From Candidatus Nanopelagicales bacterium (GTDB taxonomy: Bacteria > Actinomycetota > Actinomycetes > S36-B12): a stretch of 55,740 nucleotides of DNA. The notes beneath the pieces are model-generated. The model was given only the letters and a program-made list of their open reading frames with translations. It had not been told where the DNA came from and did no database searches. The position numbers and the translations under genes are program-made. The stretch is taken from contig JAURME010000017.1 in NCBI GenBank assembly GCA_030830865.1, positions 1 through 55,740 of the forward strand, written 5' to 3'. This document shows positions 45,738 to 54,395 of the stretch, one piece after another (position 1 is the stretch's first letter; each line of letters opens with the position of its first letter).

Positions 45738-45854
45738 ACACTCGCTCCCGGGGGCTGGATTCGCGGCCGGCTCCCCGGGACGCCACCTCGGTCGCCGGGC
45801 CGCCTCGACCCCGGCTCGGCGGCCGAGGCTTCGGTGGTAGGAGGCGCAGGGCAG

Positions 45855-46211
45855 ATGTCCCGTCGACACCCACCGGAGCGGGTCGACATGGTGGTGGGCG
45901 CCGATGGTGCGCCAGCGGCCTTCCGCTGGCGGGGTCGGGGATACATCGTGCGCAGCGTTCTCGCGAACTGGGTCGAGGCGATGCCGTGGTGGTCGGGAGG
46001 GATCCCGATCCGGACGGCGGGCGGCCAGAGTCACCTGCAGGGTCACCTGCACAGCCAGCTCTGGCGGGTCGAGGCGAGGGGAGTCACCGGTGCAGGCGTG
46101 TACGACCTGCGGCGGTCCCCCCTTCACATCCACGTGAGCACGACCGTGCGGTCGGCTGACCGGGGAGATGCTGTCAGTGTCTCCTGGTGGGTCGAGCGCG
46201 TCCTCGACTAG
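45855..46211 (+). CDS. DUF6504-like small protein (resembles the ImuB C-terminal domain)
   Basis: RBS AGGAGG; PAAFRWRGRGYIVRSVLANWVEAMPWW...LWRVEA...GVYDL...WWVERVLD. Confidence 0.8.
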   Translation: MSRRHPPERVDMVVGADGAPAAFRWRGRGYIVRSVLANWVEAMPWWSGGIPIRTAGGQSHLQGHLHSQLWRVEARGVTGAGVYDLRRSPLHIHVSTTVRSADRGDAVSVSWWVERVLD

Positions 46212-46229
46212 TACGCCTGGGAGTCCGTC

Positions 46230-46682
46230 ATGTCCGTTGCCTCTGCTGCGCCTGCTGCCCGACCTGCTGCCCGACCTGTTCCCCGATCCGCCGACGCCCT
46301 GCTGGAGTCCGCCCGTCGCAGCCTGACGGAGGCGAGCATCGCCCCCACCGCCGCGGAGCGATACGCCGCGGCCCACCTGTGTGCCCTGCGGGGCGCTGCG
46401 GCCGTCGTCGCCTCCCGCGCCCGGCCCTCCTCGACCCGCTCCCGGGTCACCAGCGTCTGGACCCTGCTGTCCCGATCGACCCCGGAGCTGGGGGAGTGGG
46501 CCACGTTCTTCGCAGCGGGAGCGGCCAAGCGGGCATCGGCGGAGGCGGGGATCCCGTGCGTGTCCGTGCGCGAGGCGGATGACCTCGTCCGGGATGCCGG
46601 GGAGTTCCTGTCCCGCGTGTGCGGGCTCCTCGGTCGCCCGGACCAGCCGGGGATGGGCAGCACACTGCTGCACGTCGGCTAG
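46230..46682 (+). CDS. SAV_6107-family HEPN-fold protein
   Basis: RYAAAHLCALRGAAAVV, SVWTLL...PELGEWATFFAAGAAKRASAEAG, READDLVRDA. Confidence 0.85.
   Translation: MSVASAAPAARPAARPVPRSADALLESARRSLTEASIAPTAAERYAAAHLCALRGAAAVVASRARPSSTRSRVTSVWTLLSRSTPELGEWATFFAAGAAKRASAEAGIPCVSVREADDLVRDAGEFLSRVCGLLGRPDQPGMGSTLLHVG
46251..46286 (+). repeat. 12-bp in-frame tandem repeat (three copies, PAAR-like linker)
   Basis: CCTGCTGCCCGA twice, then CCTGTTCCCCGA. Confidence 0.7.
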
Positions 46683-46688
46683 TCGCCG

Positions 46689-49600
46689 ATGTCCTTCGTG
46701 CACCTGCAGGTGGCATCTGCCTTCTCCCGGAAGTACGGCGCGGCCATGCCGCAGACGCTGGTCCAGCGGTCCGCCGAACTCGGCCAGCCGATCATCGGAC
46801 TGACGGATCGGGACGGCCTCTACGGGGCCGTGCGGTGGGCGCGGGCCTGCCAGGACACCAGGGTGCGTCCGGTCCTCGGGGTCGACATGGCGGTCGAGGA
46901 GACGACGCCTCGGGAGGAAGGCGGTCGGGAGGACGGTGCGTCTCCGCGTCGGCGCACACCGGCTCGTGGCGGTTCGTGGATCGACGAGAGCCGGCCGCGG
47001 GTGCTCCTGCTCGCCTCGGGGGCCACAGGCTGGGCCTCGCTGTGCCGGCTGGTGTCGGCGGCGCATCTGGGGGACCACACCGAGCGCGGCACCCCGGTGC
47101 TCCCGTGGTCGGCCCTGCGACAGCATCACGAGGGGCTCGTCGCGCTGCTGACCGCTGACTCGGAGGCCGGTCGGCTGCTGCTGTCCCAGCGCCAGCATCG
47201 GGTCGCGAGCGTCCTGCGGCCCTGGCGGGCGATCTTCGGGCCACGACTGGGGTTCGCGGTGGTCTCCCATCGGCGTGAGCCGGGACATCGGCTCTCCACC
47301 CGGGCGGCGGCCACGATGCTCGGGTGGGCGCGCAGTGAACACCTCCCGGTCGTGCTGACCAATGCGGTGCGGTACCTCGAGCCGGCGGACTCCCGGGTCG
47401 CCGACGTCCTCGACTCAGCGCGGCGACTGGTGCCCTTGGACTCCCGGCACATCGACCCGGACAACGGCGAGGCGTACCTGAAGGACACCCGGCAGATGGC
47501 GGTGATCGCCGACGAGATCGCCACGGCCGCGGGGGAGTCGAGCGCGCGGCGCCTGTGGGACGACACCCTCCGGCTGGCGGAGTACTGCGCCCTCGACCCG
47601 GCGACCGACCTCGGCCTGGGTGAGGTCTTCGTGCCCGAGCTCGACGTCCTCGTCGGACATCCGGTACCGGCGCAGGAGGCCGATGCCCGGGCCACCGTCC
47701 TGCTGCGCTCGCGCTGCGAGTCGGCGGTCGACCACCGCTACCACCGTCGCGGGGAGCGACGCGAGGCCCGCGCCCGACTGGAGGAGGAGCTGCGCACCAT
47801 CGCCCACCTGCAGTTCGCCGGCTACTTCCTCACCGTCGCCGAGGTCGTCGGGCTGATCCGTGACCGCGGTGTGCGGGTGGCGGCGCGCGGGTCGGGGGCC
47901 GGCAGCCTGGTCAACCACCTGCTCGGGATCTCCGGGGTCGACCCCCTGGGTCAGGGGCTGATCATGGAGCGGTTCCTGTCCCCGCTGCGCCGGGCGCTGC
48001 CGGACATCGACATCGACGTGGAGTCCGCGCGTCGCGAGGAGATCTACGGCTGGATCTTCGCGCGGTTCGGCACCGAGCGCACGGCCGCGGTGTCGATGAT
48101 GGAGACCTACCGCGTACGGCATGCGATCCGCGATGTCGGCATGGCGCTGGGGCTGCCCACCGGCGAGGTGGGTGCCTTCGCCACCGCCTTCCCGCACATC
48201 CGGGCCCGCGACGTGCGCAACGCCCTCGCCGATCTGCCCGAACTGCGTGAGTCCGGGTTCGGTCGGCTGGCGGCGACCGGTCAGCTCGACGGCTTCCTCG
48301 ACCTGGTCGAGAGACTGGACGGCCTGCCCCGGCACATCGCGCTGCACCCCTGCGGCATCCTGCTCTCCGACGCCACTTTGTTGGACCGCACACCGGTCGA
48401 GGGCAGTGCAGCGGGCTTCCCGATGAGTCACTTCGACAAGGACGATGTCGAGGAGATGGGGCTGCTCAAGCTCGACGTCCTCGGTGTGCGGATGCAGTCC
48501 GCGATGGCCCATGCGGTGAGCGAGATCGCCCGGGCCACCGGGGAGGTCGTCGACCTCGACGCTCAGCCTCTGGACGATCCGGCGACCTTCGCGCTCATCC
48601 AGTCGACGCAGACCCTGGGCTGCTTCCAGATCGAGTCCCCGGGACAGCGGGAACTCATCGGGAAGTTCGCACCGGAGACCTTCGGCGACCTCATCATCGA
48701 CATCTCGCTGTTCCGGCCCGGGCCGGTGAAGTCCGACATGGTGACACCCTTCCTGCGGGCGCGGCAGGGCTGGAGCGATCCGATCTACCCGCATCCGGAC
48801 CTCGAGCCTGCGCTGGCGGAGACCTGTGGGGTCGTGGTCTTCCACGAGCAGGTCCTGCGCATCGTGGCCACGATGACCGGCTGCTCGCTGGCCGAGGCGG
48901 ACGAGACCCGGCGGTCGCTGGGCAGTCCGGAGGGACAGGACGACGTCCGCTCCTGGTTCTATCCCGCGGCACTGCGCCGGGGGTACGACCTCGACGTCGT
49001 CGAGCAGGTCTGGGACGTGCTGAAGGCCTTCGCCTCCTTCGGGTTCTGCAAGGCGCACGCCGCGGCGTTCGCCCTGCCGACGTACCAGTCGGCGTGGCTG
49101 AAGACCCATCATGCGGCGGCGTTCTATGCCGGGGTGCTCACCCACGATCCGGGGATGTACCCCAAGCGGCTGATCCTCGACGATGCCCGGAACCGGGGCG
49201 TGCGGATCCTCGGTCCGGACGTCAACCGGTCCGAGGACGTGTACCGGGTCGAGGGTGAGGGCGACGTTCCGGGCATCCGGGTGCCGCTCACGGAGGTGAA
49301 GGGCATCAGTGAGCAGGAGGTCGAACGGATGATCGCCGGTCGCCCCTTCTCCGACCTGGCGGATGCCTGGCGGCGCGGTGGCCTGTCCCGGCCCACGGCG
49401 GAGCGCCTGGTCGTGGTGGGTGCCTTCGATGCGCTGTACAGGCTGGACGTCCCGACCTCCCTGCGCACCCGGGGGCAGCTCTCCCGTCGTGACCTGCTCC
49501 TGCAGGTGGCCGACCTCGATCGCTGGAGCAGGGGTGCCCGGGTCACGGGTCCTGGTGGAGCCCAGCTGTCGTTGGGTCTGGACGCCGAGGGCGACCTGCA

Positions 49601-50297
49601 TGGTGCTGCTCCGTCCACCGGCCTTCCGGAGATGACGGCAGGGGAACGGGTCCAGGCGGAGCTGGAGATCCTGGGGCTCGATGTCAGTCGGCACGTGGTG
49701 GACTTCCACACCCCGATGCTCGAGGAGCTCCGGGTCGCCGGCCTGCCACTGGTGCGGTCCCGCGATCTCACGCGGCAGCGATCACGTAGCGAGGTGTTCG
49801 TCGCCGGGGTCAAGGTGGCGACCCAGACGCCGCCGGTGCGCAGTGGTCGTCGGGTCATCTTCCTCACCCTGGATGACTCCACCGGCCCGGCGGATGCCGC
49901 CTTCTTCGACGATGTCCAGGGTCCCTATGCGGCCACGGTGTTCTCGTCCTGGCTGCTGCTGGTGCGCGGCGTCCTGCGCCGCACCGGCCCGCGTGGGGTG
50001 TCGATCCGGGCGACCGGCTGCTGGGAGCTCGCCGAGGTCCGACAGGCCTGGCAGGAGGGCGGTCCGCCCGGGGTCGGAGCCCTGCTGGCGGCGACCGATG
50101 CCCAGGCGGCGGATGTGATGGCGGGCGATCCGGCGACCGACCGGCCCACGTCGGGACGTCGACGTGTCCTGGTCCACGCCAGCGGCTATCGCCAGTCCCC
50201 CTACGCCGACGTCAAGCCTGCCGGTCCGGGGCGGGCTGTCCCGGCGGCGTCGTTGTGGCACTCGAGCCCGGGCAGTAGCGGGAGGATGGGCACATGA
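46689..50297 (+). CDS. dnaE2: Error-prone DNA polymerase III alpha subunit (DnaE2, Streptomyces-like subtype)
   Basis: ARGSGAGS, ERFLSP, PDIDID, KLDVLG, FGFCKAHA, OB fold; degenerate PHP ligands; ends LWHSSPGSSG instead of SRDFH; SOS-box promoter. Confidence 0.9.
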   Translation: MSFVHLQVASAFSRKYGAAMPQTLVQRSAELGQPIIGLTDRDGLYGAVRWARACQDTRVRPVLGVDMAVEETTPREEGGREDGASPRRRTPARGGSWIDESRPRVLLLASGATGWASLCRLVSAAHLGDHTERGTPVLPWSALRQHHEGLVALLTADSEAGRLLLSQRQHRVASVLRPWRAIFGPRLGFAVVSHRREPGHRLSTRAAATMLGWARSEHLPVVLTNAVRYLEPADSRVADVLDSARRLVPLDSRHIDPDNGEAYLKDTRQMAVIADEIATAAGESSARRLWDDTLRLAEYCALDPATDLGLGEVFVPELDVLVGHPVPAQEADARATVLLRSRCESAVDHRYHRRGERREARARLEEELRTIAHLQFAGYFLTVAEVVGLIRDRGVRVAARGSGAGSLVNHLLGISGVDPLGQGLIMERFLSPLRRALPDIDIDVESARREEIYGWIFARFGTERTAAVSMMETYRVRHAIRDVGMALGLPTGEVGAFATAFPHIRARDVRNALADLPELRESGFGRLAATGQLDGFLDLVERLDGLPRHIALHPCGILLSDATLLDRTPVEGSAAGFPMSHFDKDDVEEMGLLKLDVLGVRMQSAMAHAVSEIARATGEVVDLDAQPLDDPATFALIQSTQTLGCFQIESPGQRELIGKFAPETFGDLIIDISLFRPGPVKSDMVTPFLRARQGWSDPIYPHPDLEPALAETCGVVVFHEQVLRIVATMTGCSLAEADETRRSLGSPEGQDDVRSWFYPAALRRGYDLDVVEQVWDVLKAFASFGFCKAHAAAFALPTYQSAWLKTHHAAAFYAGVLTHDPGMYPKRLILDDARNRGVRILGPDVNRSEDVYRVEGEGDVPGIRVPLTEVKGISEQEVERMIAGRPFSDLADAWRRGGLSRPTAERLVVVGAFDALYRLDVPTSLRTRGQLSRRDLLLQVADLDRWSRGARVTGPGGAQLSLGLDAEGDLHGAAPSTGLPEMTAGERVQAELEILGLDVSRHVVDFHTPMLEELRVAGLPLVRSRDLTRQRSRSEVFVAGVKVATQTPPVRSGRRVIFLTLDDSTGPADAAFFDDVQGPYAATVFSSWLLLVRGVLRRTGPRGVSIRATGCWELAEVRQAWQEGGPPGVGALLAATDAQAADVMAGDPATDRPTSGRRRVLVHASGYRQSPYADVKPAGPGRAVPAASLWHSSPGSSGRMGT

Positions 50298-51544
50298 GCC
50301 GCAGTCAGGTCCGTCGTCCGCAGGGGCGCCTGCACCTCGACGGTGACGACACCGGGTGCACCATCCTGCACGTCGACATGGACGCCTTCTACGCGTCCGT
50401 CTCCCTGCGCGACCGTCCTGACCTGCGCGGCACACCCGTCATCATCGGCGGCGGGGGCACACGTGGTGTCGTCCTCTCGGCCACCTACGAGGCACGTGCC
50501 CTCGGCATCCACTCGGCCATGCCGATGTCCCGTGCACGGCGACTCGCCCCCCAGGCGACCGTGCTCGCCCCGGACCATCGCTGGTACGCCGAGGTCAGTC
50601 GCAACGTCATGTCCCTCTTCCGATCCATCACCCCGATGGTTGAGCCCCTCAGCCTCGACGAGGCCTTCCTCGACGTCTCGGGAGCGCTGCGTCGGCTCGG
50701 GAGCCCGACCGCCATCGCCGAGATGATCCGTGCCCGTGTCGAGGACGAGCAGGACATCACCTGCTCGGTGGGGGTGGCCACCACCAAGTTCGTCGCCAAG
50801 CTCGCCTCAACCCGGGCGAAGCCCGACGGCCTGCTCGTGGTCCCGGCCGATCGGGTGATCGACTTCCTGCACCCCCTGCCCGTCGGCGCGCTGTGGGGTG
50901 TGGGGGAGCGCACAGAGGAGCAGTTGGCCAGGCTCGGCCTGCGGACCGTGGGCGACATCGCCCACACCCCGAGGTCCACGCTCGAGCGCACCCTCGGATC
51001 ATCTCTGGGAGCGCACCTGCACGAGCTCGCCTGGGGACGTGATCCGCGACCGGTGACTGCGGACGAGTCAGAGAAGAGCATCGGCAACGAGGAGACCTTC
51101 CCGCACGACGTCGACGATCCGGAGGTCATCCGCGCCCACCTGCTGAAGCTGTCCGACCAGGTTGCCGCACGACTGCGTCGGGCCGGGCTCGCCGGCCGTA
51201 CGGTCTCCATCAAGATCCGTTTCTCCGACTTCACGACGATCACCCGCTCCCGCACCCTCTCCCATCCCACCGATGTCGGTCGCGAGGTCTACGACACCGC
51301 TCGGCACCTGTACGAGGCACTCGGCCTCGAACGGGTCCGCATCCGCCTCGTCGGCGTGCGCACCGAGGGACTCGTATCCGCTCAAGAGGCTCCTCGACAG
51401 CTCCTCCTCGGCGAGGAGGGCGACGGTCGCCGGGACGCGGAGGTGGCCGTCGACGCGCTGCGGGCCCGATTCGGCGCCGATGCGGTGCGACCCGGACGGC
51501 TCGTGACCGGACCTGCGGACACCGACGCCGAGGGTCCCCGCTGA
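50294..51544 (+). CDS. dinB: Y-family DNA polymerase IV
   Basis: HVDMDAFYAS, YEARALGIHSAMP, SLDEAFLD, KLAS...KPDG, C-terminal QLLL clamp-like motif; ATGA overlap with dnaE2. Confidence 0.95.
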   Translation: MSRSQVRRPQGRLHLDGDDTGCTILHVDMDAFYASVSLRDRPDLRGTPVIIGGGGTRGVVLSATYEARALGIHSAMPMSRARRLAPQATVLAPDHRWYAEVSRNVMSLFRSITPMVEPLSLDEAFLDVSGALRRLGSPTAIAEMIRARVEDEQDITCSVGVATTKFVAKLASTRAKPDGLLVVPADRVIDFLHPLPVGALWGVGERTEEQLARLGLRTVGDIAHTPRSTLERTLGSSLGAHLHELAWGRDPRPVTADESEKSIGNEETFPHDVDDPEVIRAHLLKLSDQVAARLRRAGLAGRTVSIKIRFSDFTTITRSRTLSHPTDVGREVYDTARHLYEALGLERVRIRLVGVRTEGLVSAQEAPRQLLLGEEGDGRRDAEVAVDALRARFGADAVRPGRLVTGPADTDAEGPR

Positions 51545-51640
51545 CCCCGGACCGGACAAACCGGGGGTACGGCTTTCGCTATCGCACTTCCGTGCCTATC
51601 CTTGACGTATCCGCACCCGGCGGGAGGAAAGGGGAGTCTC

Positions 51641-52048
51641 ATGCCGCTGTCCGAGCATGAGCAGCGTCTGCTGGAGCAGATGGAACGCGCTCTCTACGCC
51701 GAGGATCCCAAGTTCGCCACGAGCCTTCGATCCTCCCGAGGCGCTCGCGCCTCCCGAGGGCACGCCGCCCTCGGCGTGCTCGCCGTTCTCGCCGGGCTCG
51801 GTCTGCTCATCGCCGGGGTCGCCACCACGGTGATCGCCCTCGGCGTCGTCGGCTTCGTGGCCATGCTCATCGGCTGCGTCCTTGTCTACTCCGCCTTCCG
51901 CGCCGGCCCGGCCCCCGCCGCGGAGGATGCTTCAGCCGAGGGGCCCCAGGCCCCGGGCGCTGGGGGATCCTCGGAGGCCCCCGGCGGCTCCGGGTTCATG
52001 GATCGCATGGAGGATCGCTGGCGTCGTCGCTCGGAGGACGGCCAGTAG
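51641..52048 (+). CDS. DUF3040 membrane protein
   Basis: MPLSEHEQRLLEQMERALYAEDPKFA, two TM helices, FMDRMEDRWRRR. Confidence 0.92.
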   Translation: MPLSEHEQRLLEQMERALYAEDPKFATSLRSSRGARASRGHAALGVLAVLAGLGLLIAGVATTVIALGVVGFVAMLIGCVLVYSAFRAGPAPAAEDASAEGPQAPGAGGSSEAPGGSGFMDRMEDRWRRRSEDGQ

Positions 52049-52143
52049 GCCGACCCTCCGGCTCGTCGGCCACTCGGTCCTCGTCGCGACCGATCCTGTG
52101 ACCCGGAGTGCCGATCACGGCACTGCTCGGGCAGGATGCCGTC

Positions 52144-52692
52144 ATGAGCGATCAGACTCCTGCGCCCGTCGTCCCCGCCCAGCTCGGCCGCTTCTTCGAT
52201 GACTTCGAGGTCGGCACGGTCTACCAGCATCCGTTCGGTCGGACGATCAGCGAGGCGGACTCGACGTGGTTCACGCTGCTGACCTGCAACACGAACCAGA
52301 ACCACTTCAACGCCGATCTGGCCCAGTCGAACCCGATCACGCAGGGCCGGATCATCGTGAACTCCGGCCTGACCGTCGCGCTCGTACTCGGCCTGTCGGT
52401 GATCGACATGAGCCAGAACGCCGTGGCCAACCTCGGCTGGACCGACATCAGGCTCACGCACCCGGTCTACATCGGCGACACGATCTACGCGGAGTCCCTG
52501 TGCCTGGAGAAGCGGGAGAGCTCCTCTCGGCCGGAGATGGGCATCATCCGGATGAAGACGCGCGGCCTGAACCAGGACGGCGACGAGATCGTGTCGTGGT
52601 TCCGCTCTGTCATGGTGCCCAAGCGCAGCAGCGGCATCGGCCAGGACTACTTCCCCGAGGCCAAGACCGGTCCCATGCAGGTCGAGGCCTGA
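52144..52692 (+). CDS. MaoC-family dehydratase
   Basis: GRFFDDFEVG...GRTISEAD..WF..LT.N....H, ANLGW...HPVYIGDT. Confidence 0.88.
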   Translation: MSDQTPAPVVPAQLGRFFDDFEVGTVYQHPFGRTISEADSTWFTLLTCNTNQNHFNADLAQSNPITQGRIIVNSGLTVALVLGLSVIDMSQNAVANLGWTDIRLTHPVYIGDTIYAESLCLEKRESSSRPEMGIIRMKTRGLNQDGDEIVSWFRSVMVPKRSSGIGQDYFPEAKTGPMQVEA

Positions 52693-52724
52693 CCGATCCA
52701 CGACCACGGTGGGGAGCGAAGCGC

Positions 52725-53369
52725 ATGACGAGCACGGATGGTGAGCCGGCGGAGGTCGTCATCATCACGCGACCTGCTGTACCGCAACCGCCGAGCCCGG
52801 TCGAGGCCCTTCGCGAGATCCTCACGAGCAGTCTCGGTCTGGCCACCTACACGGCCACGACAATGGTGTCCCTCGTCGAGCAGACGGTGACGGCGGCCGT
52901 CAACGCCGCACTCGACCGGCTGGTCCCGGCGATCGCCGATGCCGTGGTCGCGCGGCTGGATCTCACCGACCTCGTCATCGATCGGGTCGACCTCGCCCGG
53001 GTCGTCAACTCCACCCTCGACGAGCTGGACCTGACGACCCTCGTGCTGGATCGGGTCGACGTCGATGCGATCGTCGGTGCAGCCGACATCGAGGCGATCA
53101 TCGACCGGGTCCCGATCGTCGCCATCGCGGACTACGTCATCGACGAGATCGACCTGCCCCAGATCATCCGGGACTCCACGAGCGGGGTCGCTGGCGAGGC
53201 ACTCGACTCGGTGCGACGGCAGGGGGTCGGAGCGGACATGCTGCTCTCCCGGGTCGTCGACAGCGTCATCCGGCGACGTGAGCGCAACCTCGACGCTCCG
53301 GGTGATCCGCAGTCCCTAGCCGGTGTCTCCGAGCAGGCGCACCGCAGAGACGAGGGCGAGCGCGCATGA
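52725..53369 (+). CDS. Hypothetical protein with degenerate D-R-V-D-L repeats
   Basis: Repeated [DA]-[RE]-[VL]-D-[LVI] units, then DLPQIIRDST...VRRQGV; ATGA overlap with the RDD gene. Confidence 0.75.
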   Translation: MTSTDGEPAEVVIITRPAVPQPPSPVEALREILTSSLGLATYTATTMVSLVEQTVTAAVNAALDRLVPAIADAVVARLDLTDLVIDRVDLARVVNSTLDELDLTTLVLDRVDVDAIVGAADIEAIIDRVPIVAIADYVIDEIDLPQIIRDSTSGVAGEALDSVRRQGVGADMLLSRVVDSVIRRRERNLDAPGDPQSLAGVSEQAHRRDEGERA

Positions 53370-54034
53370 CCACGTTCCGCGAGTACCAGCAGGCTCGGGC
53401 GCAGGGCATGGTGCCGGATCACACCGTCGCCGAACTGCCCACCGACGCGATCCGGTTCCAGGGGGAGCGTGCCGGGCTGGTCAGTCGTGCGGTCGCGGCC
53501 TTCCTGGATTTCCTGCTGATCTTCGCCATCGTCCTGGGCACGATCGCGGTCATCTGGATGCTGTCGTTCATCGTGTCCCCGATCAACCCGGCCGACCTGT
53601 CGGGATCCGCCGCTGTGCAGACCGTGGCCGACCGGCAGCGGCGCATCCCGCAGGTCGGCCTCATGATCGTCTACGGCTACGTCCTCAACGTCCTGTACTG
53701 GACAGCCTTCTGGGCGCTCTCGGGGCGCACGGTCGGCAACCTGCTCATGGGCCTGCGTGTGGTGAACCGCAAGGGGGATCACCCGGGCTGGCTGCTGTCG
53801 CTGCTGCGGGCGATGTTCTGCACGATCTTCCCGGTCGGCCTGCTGTGGGTCGCCGTCAGCAAGTCCAATCGCTCGGTTCAGGACACCGTGCTGCGCACGA
53901 GTGTGATCTATGACTGGGTCGTGGGAATCCCGTGGCTGGCACGCTCTGATGCGGAGGTCGAGCGGGACATGAGTGCGTCCCTGCGGGGAACGCACGATGG
54001 GGAGCATTCGTCCGATACTGCAGACAGGGCATGA
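53366..54034 (+). CDS. RDD-family membrane protein
   Basis: AGLVSRAVAAFLD, GRTVGNLLMGLRVV, RSVQDTVLRTSV. Confidence 0.88.
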   Translation: MTTFREYQQARAQGMVPDHTVAELPTDAIRFQGERAGLVSRAVAAFLDFLLIFAIVLGTIAVIWMLSFIVSPINPADLSGSAAVQTVADRQRRIPQVGLMIVYGYVLNVLYWTAFWALSGRTVGNLLMGLRVVNRKGDHPGWLLSLLRAMFCTIFPVGLLWVAVSKSNRSVQDTVLRTSVIYDWVVGIPWLARSDAEVERDMSASLRGTHDGEHSSDTADRA

Positions 54035-54056
54035 CACCGACATCGAGGAGCACACA

Positions 54057-54377
54057 ATGACAGTTCAAGGATCCCGACACGCCTGTGCAGCGCTGCTCGC
54101 TGCAGGTGCCATGGTCGCGCTGGCGGCCTGCTCTTCCGGAGGCGACGCTGCGAACGTGCCCGACGGCGCCGATGCGGCCATGGTCGCGCTCTGTGAGGAG
54201 ATGGTCGGTCAGGGTCTGTCGCCCGAGGAGGCCGACGCCCTCGCCGTCGAGAACGGCTACGTGTCGCGAGTCGGCTCCGTCGACGGAGAGCCCATGGCCG
54301 TGACCATGGACTACCGCACGGACCGCTTCACGTTCGACGTCGAGGGCGGCGCCGTCGCCGCGTGCACCTACGGGTGA
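54057..54377 (+). CDS. Lipoprotein with an I78 peptidase-inhibitor-like C-terminal motif
   Basis: RBS GAGGAG; lipobox LAAC; VTMDYRTDRFTFDVEGGAV. Confidence 0.72.
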   Translation: MTVQGSRHACAALLAAGAMVALAACSSGGDAANVPDGADAAMVALCEEMVGQGLSPEEADALAVENGYVSRVGSVDGEPMAVTMDYRTDRFTFDVEGGAVAACTYG

Positions 54378-54395
54378 TGCACTGCGGCCCTGAGG

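Noticed and set aside
46230-46682. HEPN-MNT toxin-antitoxin or anti-phage system
   Set aside because: No RxxxxH motif, no nucleotidyltransferase partner and no defence-island context.
47415-49709. Long antisense ORFs (also 722-2506, 18591-20294, 26448-28367, 36771-38555, 45705-47342)
   Set aside because: Typical stop-poor shadow frames in high-GC DNA, lying opposite or across well-supported genes, with no recognisable motifs.
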